64,000 bases of DNA from assembly GCA_965235115.1 (NCBI GenBank), contig OZ249436.1, forward strand, positions 16,308,001 through 16,372,000. The letters run 5' to 3'. The position numbers and the translations under genes were made by a program. Shown here one piece after another: positions 35,401 through 47,739 of the stretch; the first letter of the stretch is position 1; each line of letters begins with the position of its first letter. A model generated the notes under the pieces. It did not search any database. It saw only the letters and a list, made by a program, of their open reading frames with translations, and had not been told where the DNA came from. Origin of the DNA: Laetmonice hystrix (taxonomy: Eukaryota).

Positions 35401-38400
35401 CCATGAGAATGTCGCCAGACGTCTATGCTGAAATAAAGAGACTTGTATATCCCCACATCTATAGACAAAATACGAACTAAAGAGAGTCTATAACGCCTAC
35501 GGAACGTCTTTCGCTCACCCTCAGATACCTAGCTCACGGTGAGTACAGGAAAATATTTCTATGGAGGATATAAAAGATAGCCACTAAAGCTCATGGGTCA
35601 TTCCATGGTAAATGTAGCCAATGTGTTATATGACGGCTGACATGGGGGATTGGAAGACGTGAAGGACGTAACATCTGACACTTCCAAAGGCGTGAAAGAA
35701 AAGATAAATCAAGTCTTGGCCTTTCCACAGCACACATAATAATTTGAGCAGTGATCTCACAAGACTGGACCTCACAAAAATACAAAACACCCTTTAAAAC
35801 AAAAGAAATTATTGATGACATAAAATGTGTGATAAAAAATAGACTTCATTATCTGATTATAGAACAAATACAAAGAAGATGTGTATGTGGCCAATTGCTT
35901 TCCTCCTCGAGAATATTCTGGAAAAATTGTTCAGAAAAATGTTAGCCCTCTTAAAATCCACCTGGAAGAGTGTGGAGTTCATCACTGATAATGATCATCA
36001 GCGTACAGCGTACACGCTACACTACACAGGCCCGTAGCCAGGGGGTGCGCAGGGTGCGTACGCACACCCCCCCCCCCCCAACAGCCCAAGCTCCCCCTAA
36101 CTTCAAAAGGTTGCAAGCACTCGCTGGAGTAGGCCTACCCTGCACCCCTCACCTGCCCAACAGTCCAAGATCTTCCTAACTTCAGTTATTTTGTGCTCCA
36201 AATTGCACCAGATATCACCAAAATACACCTTAAATTTCAAAATTTTCTGGGGGGCCATGACCCTGGATCCGCCTAACTATAGGCTTCGCGCTCTCAGCAC
36301 TAAAAGTTTGCAGACTTTGCACCTTTGGCCTGTGGGGCTTGTGTGCTTCGTGCCTATAGCTATGAGCCTGGGGGACTGTAGCGGTGGGGGGGGGGGAGTT
36401 GGGGGTGTCCCCTGCATTCCTGTTCCTAAATATTGACAGCCAAGGCCGTAGCTAGCGGAGGGGGGCAGTTCCTCCCTGTAACACCCCCCCATACCCACCA
36501 GAAAATTGTCATATTAGGTCTAATCTGACTGCAAACTGGCTGGGATCGTCGGTGGTATCATCAAAAGTGGCCCAGCAGGCTTTTCATTTCTATCAGAAAA
36601 GTGATTTCCAGATGCCGGGAAATAGCGGGTTTCTTTTGCCTTCCATATTAATTTTTTCCCCAAGGGAGGGCCCCCGGACCCCAAGCGGCAGGAACGGCTC
36701 ACTCTGTCGGCGCTTGCTGAATTTTACCTTATAGCTTTATCTCTGCAGCCCCCTTTCGCAAATGCCTGGATCAGCCCCCCTATCTTGTCCATTACATTTT
36801 TTTGGTATAGTATTTCCATGCAGGGAGGGATCCAGGTTGGCGCCAAATGGGGGGGGGGGGGGTTGTGAGTGCCAAGAAGGGGTATATGCTTGGTTTGAAC
36901 CTTTCAAGCAGAAAAAAAATTAGCCACTGGTTCTCATATAAATAAATGCACACGCCCCTGTTCATTTTAAAAAAGTGTTTTCAGCTATAGGACCTCGGCC
37001 TAACTAATATAACACCTTGCATTTCCGTCCCAGATGCCAGGGAAACGCCTATTTGGCACTTTAATTTTCAATTATTTTTTTACCCCTCTCCCCCACTCAA
37101 GGCTTCGCGTCTTCGGCGGGCCTTCCCCAAATTCCTGAATCCGCCCCTGAATGCCCTACTCAGAAAGTTCGAAGCTGGGTAGGTTATATGGATTATGAAC
37201 ATCTTGCTCCCTCCCTTTCTCATTGTTTTTGGCGACGTTGGTAAGCACTTTTACGGCCCAAATTAGGCTACCTAGACAACAGAACACCGATGGCAAAAAT
37301 ACCCCTTCTTCCCCATAATACGCACCCCCCCCCCCCCCCAAAAAAAAGAAATCCTGGCTACGGGCCTGCTACATAAGTAAAAATACAACACAGTGCAGGG
37401 AAAATAAAATATTCCTATTGAAAAAAAAAGATATAATGACAGGGGGATTGGATGTAACATGGACAGTGACACCATAGTGCCTTCAGTTCTTTGTTACGTC
37501 TAGAACCGTAGGTGAATTTAGCTGGTATTTTCCCAATGAAAAGGGCAATAGATTATTGCCAATGGGCAGGAGTATTAGGAGAAATTAGTAAGAACTCCCC
37601 TTTTCAAGAGAGAATGATATCTTATTTACAGCTGTCCAGCAAAATATTTCACAAGTATAGAGTCTGTCATTGACCAGAGCACTCAGTAGAGCATCTCGGT
37701 GTAGCAAATATCTCATGTCATAAATATATTTGAATTCCCCTATAAATTCTCCTATAAATATTCACAGTATGGATTGGACGTAACAGGTTATGGAAGTAAC
37801 AGAACTCTACACATCAGAAACTAATGCCTGAAGTCCTCTCTCATTTTCCTCATGTAGGAGCAACAGTCTGAGCATGTGTAGGCAAATTGTAGGTGTTCTG
37901 ATGTTTTAAAAAGTTTGTAAATCAATGTCTTTTATATGTTTTTACAGGCGACAGTGTTCATACCCTGCACCATGCATATCTCATAGGATATAGCACTGTT
38001 CTTCCTCTTGCCAGGGATACTTGCCGTGCGAGATTTCGTGTCCTAAAAGATGAGCATATGAAGGTAATTTTATAAAGTTTAATTTTATGGGTAAATTATT
38101 GAATTAAATTTCATTACGTCTTAGCTTGTTATTATGATAGTCGACTTTATATTTGTGATTATTTTGTATTAATTTGTGTATGTGCGTGCGTACATGAATC
38201 TATTTTATTTCTATCAGATACCAAGCACCAGAGTGGGAGGCAATAGCAAGAGGCTTCCAACGTCGATGGGACTTCCCCAATACACTAGGAGCTGTTGACG
38301 GAAAGCATATCAGGATCAGATGCCCAACAGGGTCAGGATCCGTATACTACAACTATATATAAGAATAACTATTCTCTAGTCCTGCTCGCTGCAGTCGACA

Positions 38401-41400
38401 GTGATTACCGCTTTGTATACGTCGACGTAGGGTCGGAAGGAAGAGCATCGGATTCAACCATATGGAAAGAAAGCGATTTCTATAAAGATATCTGTTCAGA
38501 AACAAACGTTTTGACCCCCCCCCCCCCGCCAAAGAAATTGCCAGGCTGCAAGGATCGTCTGCCATACTATTTCGTGGGAGACGATGCTTTTGCATTAGGG
38601 GAACACATGATGAAACATTTCCCTTCCAAGAGTCCGATGTACGCTGAACGGGTCTACAACAACCGGCTTACCAGAGCCAGACGCGTTGTTGAAAACTCGT
38701 TTGGCATGCTCGCCAACAGGCTTCGGATCTTACATCGGCAACAGGACATGGAACCAGAAGGTGTAAAAGTCACTGTAATGACCATGGCAGTCCTCCACAA
38801 CTTCTTAAGAAGTAAGTCCAAGTCAGACTACATGGCCAAGGGTCAGGTGGATTGGGAAGACCGTAACCATGATGTCCTTCTTGGTGAATGGAGGGCAACT
38901 GGGCAGTTGGACAGCTTGGGACACATGAAGGTGAGACACCCAAGTCATTACGTGAAAGAAGTCAGGAACAGCATCCGGCGGTGGTGTATAAGTAAAGATG
39001 GAAAGGTCCCTTGGCAGGATGAGCAAGTTCGCAAGATGAGGGAAGATGAAGAGGCTGCAGAAACCGAGTAAGGTGGAAAGGGATGCTTAAGGACAGGTCG
39101 TGACTAGGTCCTTCTTATTCATGTAGCTAGAGGATATTGATATAAATGTTCTAGTGATTAAAGAATGGGTCCAGGCAAGATTAAAGCTAAGTTTGATAGA
39201 TAAAACAAAGCAAGGGATATTTTGGGCCCTCAACCGTTGAACGAATATTTATAAGCAGCAGAATTGGTCCAAAAATTGTACTTAGAGAATGTATGCATTC
39301 CTATTGATATCTGCCCTAAACCTAGCCTAAATCTTGCCCGGACTCATCCTTCAATATTCTGAAGTTAACTAATGGTATATTAGATACAAGGGTTAGGATC
39401 TTGTAGTACTTAACAATAACTCTTCTACTTGAACTGTTATCTTTCATTCGTGAAAAATTGTAAAAATTTTATGCAAAGCGTTGATTATCTTTATGGTCAT
39501 TCAGTATCAAAGCATAAGGGTCAGAACAAGCCGAGTAATCGATGTGATTTTATTTATAAAATCATATTATATGAATAAAGATTACGGTTTCCTTTAAAAT
39601 AACAGTTGTATTTTCCTTAATAAAAACGTCTTCTAGTAACTTTTCTAAGGACACAATTGTCTAAGGATAGAAATACAACTACCATGTTTAGAACGTTTAA
39701 AATGTTTTAAACCTTATCCAACGTTTAACAATTGTAATACGCTTAATCTATCTGAAATGACATATTTTTCCTCTTAATCGCCATTAATGTCCAATAACTA
39801 AAGGTTTAAAAATATTTCCTTTTATCTGAATTACATCGATATTCATAGGTGTGTACACTCTCCTATCTGGGGGCTATAATGAACCTAAAATGTAAAAAAA
39901 AGCAACGAACTAACTCTTCACATGTCAGTTTGTGATATTTACCAGTATTACGCTGGAGTGCCCAGAGTACACATGAAAAACCTAAACCAACCTACAACCC
40001 AGAATAAAATCCACATTTTTGGATAATTTTTTTTCTGAACAAACCTATAATCTCTGTATGTATAAAATAAGACGATAATCTCCTGATTCTGCAGTGTAAT
40101 CAATATCCAGGCATCCCTACCTATTAATTTTAGCCATGGGAAGAGGAATTTGTATAAAGTTATGTTTTCTCAAAACTCTGAATATGTAATCTGAGCAGTA
40201 CGCACTGTAATATGCAGAATATACATATAAAATCTGTCTTGGATCAAATAGATAATGACCTAATTGTACAAAAATAAGTCTATTTTCATTCCTTTCCTTA
40301 GGAAAAATCCGTCCTTTAATGTTTCTTTTACAAAGGATATGTACATAAATTTGGCATCAATGCACAGTATGCATCAAGTTAAACTATACATGTATTGCCC
40401 CGAATGGCCTCAAAGGCCAACTGGGAAACGCGAAGCATAAATATGTCCTTATCATCCTGGCTCATACGTCCCATCTGACATGACAATGATTTAGCCCACA
40501 AGAGATCAGCTTTCTCTAGGCCCTCAATGATTTTCTCTGTTGGGTGGCGATTGGCTATTGCTGAAATCGACTCGGTGAGGGAGGTCTTTAGCTTGGTGCG
40601 GTCAGCTATGACTTCAGCGATAGCATTGCCAATAAATATGAAAAGGGAAATAATTAACAAATGGCATTCATAGATAAATTTTATGACTCTAAGGGTAACT
40701 CAGATGACAAAAATTATAAGATCAATGTAAAAAATGACCTAAAATGGGGAAAAATTGTAAATGTATGTGGGGGTGGGTGTATATGTGTATCCGTATAATC
40801 AGTATTATCGTGACTTGTATAGATCTACATAATATACATTACATCTAGCCCACTTGGGTTTTCATAAGTCACACTTATTTAAAAATAAGATAAAAGCGCT
40901 TGCAACATGATTTAACCAACTACAGAGATTATGTTTTTTTCGAAAATCTTTCCAACAAATCTACTTGTCTCCATAATTATATCCATCGACATAATTGAAA
41001 AAACACTGGTCATGGGTGTAATCCAGAATTTTCAGTTGGTGGGGGGGGGATCCAGGTCGAGGCCAATGGGTTGTGTTTGGGACACAAAAGGCTTGTCAAC
41101 CAGAACTGCCCCCCGTCATACAAAAGGGTTATCCCAATAATTACCCCCCCCCCCCAAAAAAAAAAGACTGCGATTTTTATGGATGACTCAGGGTTCTCAC
41201 TAGAAATTTTCGACAGCGTAGTGGTCAAACCAAGGGCAGAGGGTCACAGTAGAGGCAATGTCCCCACCCCGGCCCCCACCCCCAAACTATAGTAATTTAG
41301 GCTGACGGGACTTGCTGCGTCCAAGTCCCGGTCAGTGATGGCTGCAAGCCGGTCAGGTGGCTGGGCGGAATGTACAGTACAGCGGAAGATACAGTACCCG

Positions 41401-43839
41401 TTCACGTGACCCGGTCTGGACCCAACCTTGAATTCGGGGATGAATACAAACGCACCTCTCCCCCACCCAAATCTATCAGATCCTTTTCCCAATCGTCCAG
41501 TTTATTTGCCGCACCTCTAACAGTTCTACGTGGTGGTCGCGGGGGCGGTCCACTTTCTTGCCCTGCAGGGTCAGGGACATCACATTTGGGGTTTTCTTTG
41601 GTCTTCTTCGCTGGAGCCTTTCTTTTCTTTCCTGCCATCTTTGCGCTTTGTAGGCGTACGATCACATGACCACTGAGTCACGTGACGCGAACAGATTGAA
41701 CCTATCCAGCTAGCCATAGGCCCTATCCTCGATATCGCTGAATAATGACGCACGTCGCCCAACACAGCCTGGGCGTGGGAAGGCCATGAAAAGTGGTGTG
41801 TGTGTGTGTGCGATGTGGGGTGGGGGTGGGGCAAATCAGTCCATCACGCGAGTGCCGAAGGTGTGAAGTCTGGGAGTGCTCCCCCAGAAAACTGTGAAAT
41901 TTCGGGGGAGGGGGTTGGTTGGTGACATCTGGTGCTTTTTAGAACACAAAATAAGGTAGGCCTATAGGGGCCTAGGCCTAGATCTATAATTTTATCTTAA
42001 GACTGAACTCTTGTTTCAAAACTTCTGATTGGTCCTTCAAATGAAGTCCCCCCCCCCCCCAATATAATCTATAACCATAGGCCTACATTGCTTTGGTGGA
42101 ATGGGCAGAGAATGTATAGGCTAATAGAATACAAATGAATTCAGCAGAGCTTATGAATGCATGCTCTCCTTGATTGAGACAGATCTTAAGCCTCCCCCTC
42201 CTCCCTGCCCAAAATCAGGAATCTGAACCACAGTAAATGGGATGGGCTGGGGGGTCATTTGACTCGCAGGCTCTGCTAATTGAGTCGGCCGCAACCAATG
42301 GCGCATCCAGGATTTGAGGAAAGGGGGGCACCATTTGGTGAATAGAAATCTAATCAGTGGCCTATTATCAGGGGCCTATTTTCGGGAATGTCGAAGACAT
42401 AATCAAATTTCCACTATTTTTTAACCGGCCCCTGAAGTTGTTTTTTTTTTGGGGGGGGGGGGGGCATCCGCCTTTGATATCGACGGGTCTATATAAGGCC
42501 TATATTATGAGGCTACTATTCGTCCGGCCAGATGTCCGGTCAGATGATCCGACAATATTCAACTTTCTGAATATTGTCGGATGACGTCGATTCGACCTCT
42601 CTCGATGACCCGACGGGTCACCCGACGTCCGACAGAGCTGTTCCACCAGGCCAGATGTTATAGACGATGCCCCCCGATGCATTCAGGGCATGATTTCTCG
42701 GACCGATGCCGTCCGATGCGTCCGATTTCTTCTGGTGGAATTCCAGATTTTGCCCGATGACGTCGGTCAGACTTCTCTCGATGACCCGACAGGTGGCCCG
42801 ACGTCCGATGAAGGTGTTCCACCAGGCCAGATTTTGTAGCCGATGCGGCCCGATGCCACTCTGGGCATCGTTTTCTCGGCCAGATGCCATCCGATGCGTC
42901 CGATTTTCCCGGTGGAATTCCAGCTTTAGACCTACTCGGGGAAAGAATCGGTTCTAGTTATAGGCCTACTCAGGGAAAGGGTCGGTTCTAGTTATACTCC
43001 GGGGGAAAGATCGGTTCTAGTCATAGACCTACTCGGGGAAAGGATCGGTTGCAGTTATATTATTATATACGTTGCAAAGCGTTCTTGCCAGTTTACCATC
43101 TATCGATCTGTTTGTGGTAACTTACAGGTGATTCGCGCGACCATTGGTATTCGTATGTCGGAGTACGAAGAAATAATGGGTGCTGATTTCTGTGAGCACG
43201 ACATCGTCGACAGTTTGAGTATGGACATGTTGAGCAACAAGGACTCCAGGAGAAGCAGTACTCGGCGCAGGAGCAGCTTCGGCATCATTCGTAATGACGG
43301 AATTGATGGCGAGTCCCTGCGCCGGCGACTTAATCAAGTTACACAAAACGGCGTAAACAAAGAAACCTTGAGCGCCGAACGTGCTGCCGACACCAATTCC
43401 ATAGCACCAACACAGATCGTTGTTTCGACAATCAGCGACAGCAACACAAAGGATAACATATTCGGTAGGAAATGCACAGTGAAACAGAGAAATAATACAC
43501 TTAATAGCACTTTTAACTTTCCTGTCGTTCACTTTGAAAACTTTTTTGTTCATTATATTTTTTAAAGTGAACAAGACAAAATGGTCCAATACGCAATGTT
43601 CCGGTACATAGGCCTAGCACCTGTATCAAGTTCTTAATGGAATTTATCATGCTGCTTTGAAACCCTCACTAATAGATCTACTCATTTCCTCACTAATAGA
43701 TCTACTCATTTCTGATTCAGCTTTGAGAACGCGGCGTTTACAAGGCAAGCGAGGTGCCCTGGGCTTCCTGAGGAAGACGCGCGTTCGTGGCGCGTTCAGC
43801 CCGAAACGGAGCAGTAACCGGGACCGTCTGGACGCCTGA
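23490..43839 (+). CDS. amt: Ammonium transporter Amt-A (Amt/Mep/Rh family)
   Basis: Exons: 23490-23724, 25522-26074, 26171-26242, 27785-27844, 28043-28119, 29515-29663 OR 29721-29869, 33699-33866, 43128-43464, 43721-43839. The last exon is tentative; read-through of exon 8 stops at 43565. All introns are GT-AG and phase-consistent. Motifs: WDDATW...[93 protein letters not shown]. Confidence 0.93.
23751..24125. repeat. 31-bp minisatellite (~12 copies) at the start of Amt-A intron 1
   Basis: Unit TCCTTCCTGTCATTCATAGTCCTCCACCCTT. Confidence 0.95.
24892..25237. mobile_element. Old Kolobok-like MITE in Amt-A intron 1
   Basis: TTAA flanks on both sides. Inverted arms ATACTTACCTTTGA...AAAATTTCAGGTTCGAGCGATAAGCGAAA versus TTTCGCTTCTCGCTCGACCCTGAAATTTT...TCAAAGGTAAGTAT. 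Confidence 0.55.
26255..27778. repeat. 54-bp minisatellite (~28 copies) filling Amt-A intron 3
   Basis: Unit TTCATGCCGTAAGTGTGTGTGTCCCGTATTATGACTGTGTCTGAGAACCACCAT. Confidence 0.97.
29515..29663 (+). CDS. amt: Amt-A alternative exon 6a (149 nt)
   Basis: ccag|CCAGTTGT...CTCTGG|gtgagt, with a CTGAC branch-point-like motif at 29482-29486. Encodes [50 protein letters not shown]; phase 1 to phase 0. Confidence 0.88.
29721..29869 (+). CDS. amt: Amt-A alternative exon 6b (149 nt)
   Basis: ccag|CCGGCTGC...GTGTGG|gtgagt. Encodes [50 protein letters not shown]; same length and phases as 6a. Confidence 0.88.
30085..31392. mobile_element. Harbinger-type MITE with a second copy of the same family nested in inverted orientation (30429-~31118)
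   Basis: Four TIR copies AGCCCCAGT(T/C)CCACCAAAGCCGA at 30085, 30430, ~31118 (reverse complement) and 31392 (reverse complement). TA flanks at 30083 and 31393. 30085-30420 is the inverted complement of ~30740-31118, and 30430-30720 of ~31122-31392. Confidence 0.8.
31525..32790. repeat. ~28-30-bp minisatellite containing telomere-like GGGTTAGGGTTA (blocks 31525-32142 and 32480-32790)
   Basis: Unit ~ACACTGGAGGGAAGGGTTAGGGTTA. Confidence 0.9.
33905..34289. repeat. ~31-37-bp minisatellite, left half (resumes at 42927-43060 after the Harbinger insertion)
   Basis: Unit GGAAAGGATCGGTTCTAGTTATA(GGCCTA)CTCGG. Confidence 0.92.
34559..39071 (+). pseudogene. Harbinger (HARBI1-like, DDE_Tnp_4) transposase pseudogene, 4 exons
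   Basis: Exons 34559-34747, 35373-35538, 37948-38063, 38218-39071. Motifs MRMSPD..., ERLSLTLRYLAHGDS, WDFPNTLGAVDGKHI, VGDDAF, RARRVVENSFGMLANR. In-frame stops at 34658 (TAG) and 35478 (TAA); frameshifts near 38230 and 38355. Confidence 0.88.
40379..41638 (-). pseudogene. Putative Harbinger accessory DNA-binding gene remnant (MADF/Myb-like N-terminal start, BESS-like C-terminus)
   Basis: Convergent with the transposase inside the element. N-terminus MAGKKRKAPAKK (NLS-like) then LDDWEKDLIDL...LY, resembling a MADF start. C-terminal segment DLLWAKSLSCQMGRMSQDDKDIFMLRVSQLAFEA is BESS-like. The middle could not be reconstructed. Family assignment is by eye only. Confidence 0.5.
42927..43060. repeat. 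Right half of the same minisatellite
   Basis: Same unit, in register with the left half. Confidence 0.9.
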
Positions 43840-44007
43840 CTGGCGTGCTGAACCGGGACCGTCTGGACGCCTGACTGGCCTGCTGAACCGGGACCGTCTG
43901 GACGCCTGACTGGCGTGCTGAACCGGGACCGTCTGGACGCCTGACTGGCGTGCTGAACCGGGACCGTCTGGACGCCTGACTGGCGTGCTGAACCGGGACC
44001 GTCTGGC
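43816..44007. repeat. 35-bp tandem repeat overlapping the tentative Amt-A stop codon
   Basis: Unit AACCGGGACCGTCTGGACGCCTGACTGGCGTGCTG, about 5.5 copies. Confidence 0.92.
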
Positions 44008-44089
44008 TCGAACACTGGCCTCACACATGGTCCTCACATCCGGCCTCACACATGATCCTGGCAGTCGGCCTCACATCTGGACAACTACC

Positions 44090-44910
44090 CCTCACACCTG
44101 GCCTCACACCTGTACCTCACCCCTTGACAAGCTGACCCTCACACCTGGACCTCACACCTTGACAAGCTGGCCCTTACACCTGGACTTTTACACCTTGACA
44201 AGCTGGCCCTCACACCTGGCCTCACACCTGAACTTTACACCTTGACAAGCTGGCCCTCACTCCTGGCCTCACACCTGAACTTTACACCTTGACAAGCTGG
44301 CCCTTACACCTGGACTTTTACACCTTGACAAGCTGGCCGTCACACCTGGCCTCACACCTGAACTTTACACCTTGACAAGCTGGCCCTCACTCCTGGCCTC
44401 ACACCTGAACTTTACACCTTGACAACCTGGCCTTCACACCTGGCCTCACACCTGAACTTTACACCTTGACAAGCTGGCCCTCACACCTGGCCTCACACCT
44501 GAACTTTACACCTTGACAAGCTGACCCTCACACCTGGCCTCACACCTGAACTTTACACCTTGACAAGCTGGCCCTCACACCTGGCCTCACACCTGAACTT
44601 TACACCTTGACAAGCTGGCCCTCACACCTGGCCTCACACCTGAACTTTACACCTTGACAAGCTGGCCCTCACACCTGGCCTCACACCTGAACTTTACACC
44701 TTGACAAGCTGGCCCTCACACCTGGCCTCACACCTGAACTTTACACCTTGACAAGCTGGCCCTTACACCTGGACTTTTACACCTTGACAAGCTGGCCCTC
44801 ACACCTGGCCTCACACCTGAACTTTACACCTTGACAAGCTGGCCCTCACACCTGGCCTCACACCTGGACGTTACACCTTGATAAGCTGGCCCTCACACCT
44901 GGATTTCACA
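44090..44910. repeat. 47/36-bp minisatellite
   Basis: Unit CCTTGACAAGCTGGCCCTCACACCTGGCCTCACACCTGAACTTTACA. Confidence 0.95.
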
Positions 44911-46950
44911 CCTCTCACTCCCGGCTCTCACACGCGGACACCCTGCTATCCCACTGGGCCTCACACCTGAAGCTATGACACATTGGAAACTGTCGCTCAT
45001 CCACATTATTACGGTATTGTGACAGAATTGCTGATGAGTAGAAAAACGTGTGTCATAGACAGGTAAAATACGTGCATGTCCCTCTGTTACGGATGCTCCA
45101 GCTCTAGCCTCCAGGGGGTTGGGAAGCTGCCAAATGCTACGAACCGAGTCCTCGTCAACGTTTTAGCAAATTATTCAAGTCACTAGTATATTTTTTCCTA
45201 TACTCGATCTAAAACTATCGGCAAGCAGCTAAACTGCACACGTAGAAATTAGTTACATAATACTAATAGGTTATCGAACGATACCGGGTTTAAAACACGA
45301 GTCGCTCCAGGAGGCAGTCTGGTCACTTCGCAAGGCAGGTGGTGTGATATGGACGAGTTACTTCATGGCTTGAAGCTGAAGGTGTGGGGTGAGCACTACT
45401 AATAATAGCCAAGGCTATGCAGATGGTCTGACCCTTACTGTACTAAGTGTGGCAGGTCTGAGGAATATGATTAAAACTTGTGACAACTTTAGCGAAGAAC
45501 TTCAGGGAGGGTAATGATTCGTGGGGTTCCAGATCCCGGTTTTTTGGTTGAGCTTGAGTCAAGTTTGAGACGAAAACCTCGTCTCAAGCTCACGGCCGTA
45601 TGAGTCGACAAAAAACCGGGCCCAGGTGATGTGGAACCGTTGTGTGAGGAGGGCCTTGTCACTGTCACTGTCAGACGTGACGCGCAGACGTTATCTCATA
45701 CACCTCATTGGTGCACCCAGTGGTTGTAACCAAATATTCAGCCCATCAAAATGCAGCAGAAAATGGAAACCAGTTTTAACCAACGTGTCAAATTCATATC
45801 AAAGATGTGTCGGGAGTCAGTGAAGAGCACCAGTGGGAATGACGTGAGACTTATTGCCAGGAGAATGGGTGCAGACATCAGTACAGCACAACGGTAGACA
45901 ATCGCTGAGATTTGCTAGCCTGAAGTGTTCAGAAGACGATTTTACTGCGGTATCACTTAAATGTGAACACTGGTCAGGTTTGAGGAAAGAGGAGGTGGTT
46001 GTGCCAACTTTTATTCCATTGTAATGTGAATGAATAAAAAATATTTATATTAATACTGGGGGTGCAAACATTTGAAATGGTTGTGTACATCTGCATAAGA
46101 TAGAAAACTGGTTGGCCAGCAAACGGGAGTCCTGTTCCTAAAGTCATGGTGGACCCAGAGGACCTAGGGTCCCGAGCCCTAACAGTATGTAAAGTCACGG
46201 TGGTCCAAGAAGAGTTGGGAACTAGGTCAAGAAAGGGGAGGGTTCGAAGCTGATCAATAGGGGATCAATATAATGTTATCAGTGGCGTATCGGTGATAGG
46301 TTTGTCCACCGTAACCCGCTCACACAATATTTGTGGGACGATGCCATGAGAAAACTCAAATCTCAAGGCAAACTGAATTGTCTGAAGGAGGAAGACTGGT
46401 CGTGAATGTCCGAACCTTTTATTTATCAAAAGGCCCTCATTGTATAGGCAACCTACTTTTGAGGACTCACAAGTTAAACCTTGACTTTAGGAACTGGACC
46501 CCTCAATGTAAACAAACTTATTTATATATCCTTATATACACTCGGATGATACTCGGTACCTATTGAGTCATTTACCGCACATATACAAACACCGGTATAT
46601 CCTGCCTCTGGTCATATTATATTCAGTCTAATGAGCAATTACACAGTAACCTCTGACACAGTCCTTTGAAGTTCCACTGGCATGTTTGGGAAATTGTTTA
46701 GTGGAAGGAATGACATGATAATAATTCTGCATACAGTGGACTAAAGGGGATTAAAAGAAAGAGGAGTATATCCCTGGTCATACGGTGCATATACGTTCAG
46801 GTTGAAATAAAAAATTGTAATAAGAAATATTCTGTCTTATTTTATGTCCTCCAATGAATTTATAGTCATATAATATAGTATATTCATATATTTAATAATG
46901 ACTTCCATTTGTCCATGCACTGGTCGAGGTCCGATTTCAGTGTGTGTGTT

Positions 46951-47397
46951 CCGTGTTAACACCATCTGTTGACAGATCTGTTACACTAACAGATCTCAGG
47001 CCTAAACACCGTGTAACACCATCTGTTGACAGATCTGTTACACTAATAAATCAGGCCTAAACACCGTGTAGCACCATCTGTTTACAGATCTGTTACACAA
47101 ACAGATCTCGGGCCTAAACACCGTGTTAACACCATCTGTTGACAGATCTGTCACACTAACAGATCTCAGGCCTAAATACCGTGTAACACCATCTGTTGAC
47201 AGATCTGTTACACTAACAGATCTTAGGCCTAAACACCGTGTAACACCATCTGTTGACAGATCTGTTACACTAACAGATCTTATGCCTAAACACCGTGTAA
47301 CACCATCTGTTGACAGATCTGTTACACTAACAGATCTTATGCCTAAACACCGTGTTAACACCATCTGTTTACAGATCTGTTACACTAACAGATCTTA
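46951..47397. repeat. 57-bp internally palindromic minisatellite (~8 copies)
   Basis: Unit AACACCATCTGTTGACAGATCTGTTACACTAACAGATCTCAGGCCTAAACACCGTGT. Confidence 0.95.
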
Positions 47398-47739
47398 GAT
47401 CTGATTTTGACTGTTAAGGCCTTTTGTTGTAAATTGAAGACGCCGTTTCGCGCCCTCCGTCGCCATTTGGAAAGGAAGCCGGTTCTATTTGCACATGCGC
47501 GGTACAGAAAAACAACAATGGCGGACAGGACCAAATCCTCGCTTCGGTTGATAAAAAGGGCCAAAACCGGCGGTAATATATTACAGAATGAGCGCATCAC
47601 TTCCTAAACTGAGCGCATCACCCCAACACGTATTAAGGGAAGTAATCATGTATTCGTAGAGATCGTTGCCGTTTCTTTATATGAAGGGATTTGAATATTT
47701 CTCTATGCGCTCGCCAACGACCCTAGAACGACAGTGTAT

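Larger units (their letters stand above)
34290..42926 (+). mobile_element. PIF/Harbinger DNA transposon (8637 bp, defective) in Amt-A intron 7
   Basis: Termini AGGCTGGATTCCACC (34290) and GGTGGAATTCCAGCTT (42911-42926). TA lies on both sides (34288-34289, 42927-42928). Subterminal CATCGG/CCGATG-rich repeats. Contains a Harbinger DDE transposase and a convergent second gene. It interrupts a minisatellite that resumes in register on the other side. Confidence 0.9.

Noticed and set aside
38295..39071. Domesticated HARBI1-like host gene or active transposase
   Set aside because: It lies within TIRs, and the full reconstruction has two nonsense codons and two frameshifts.
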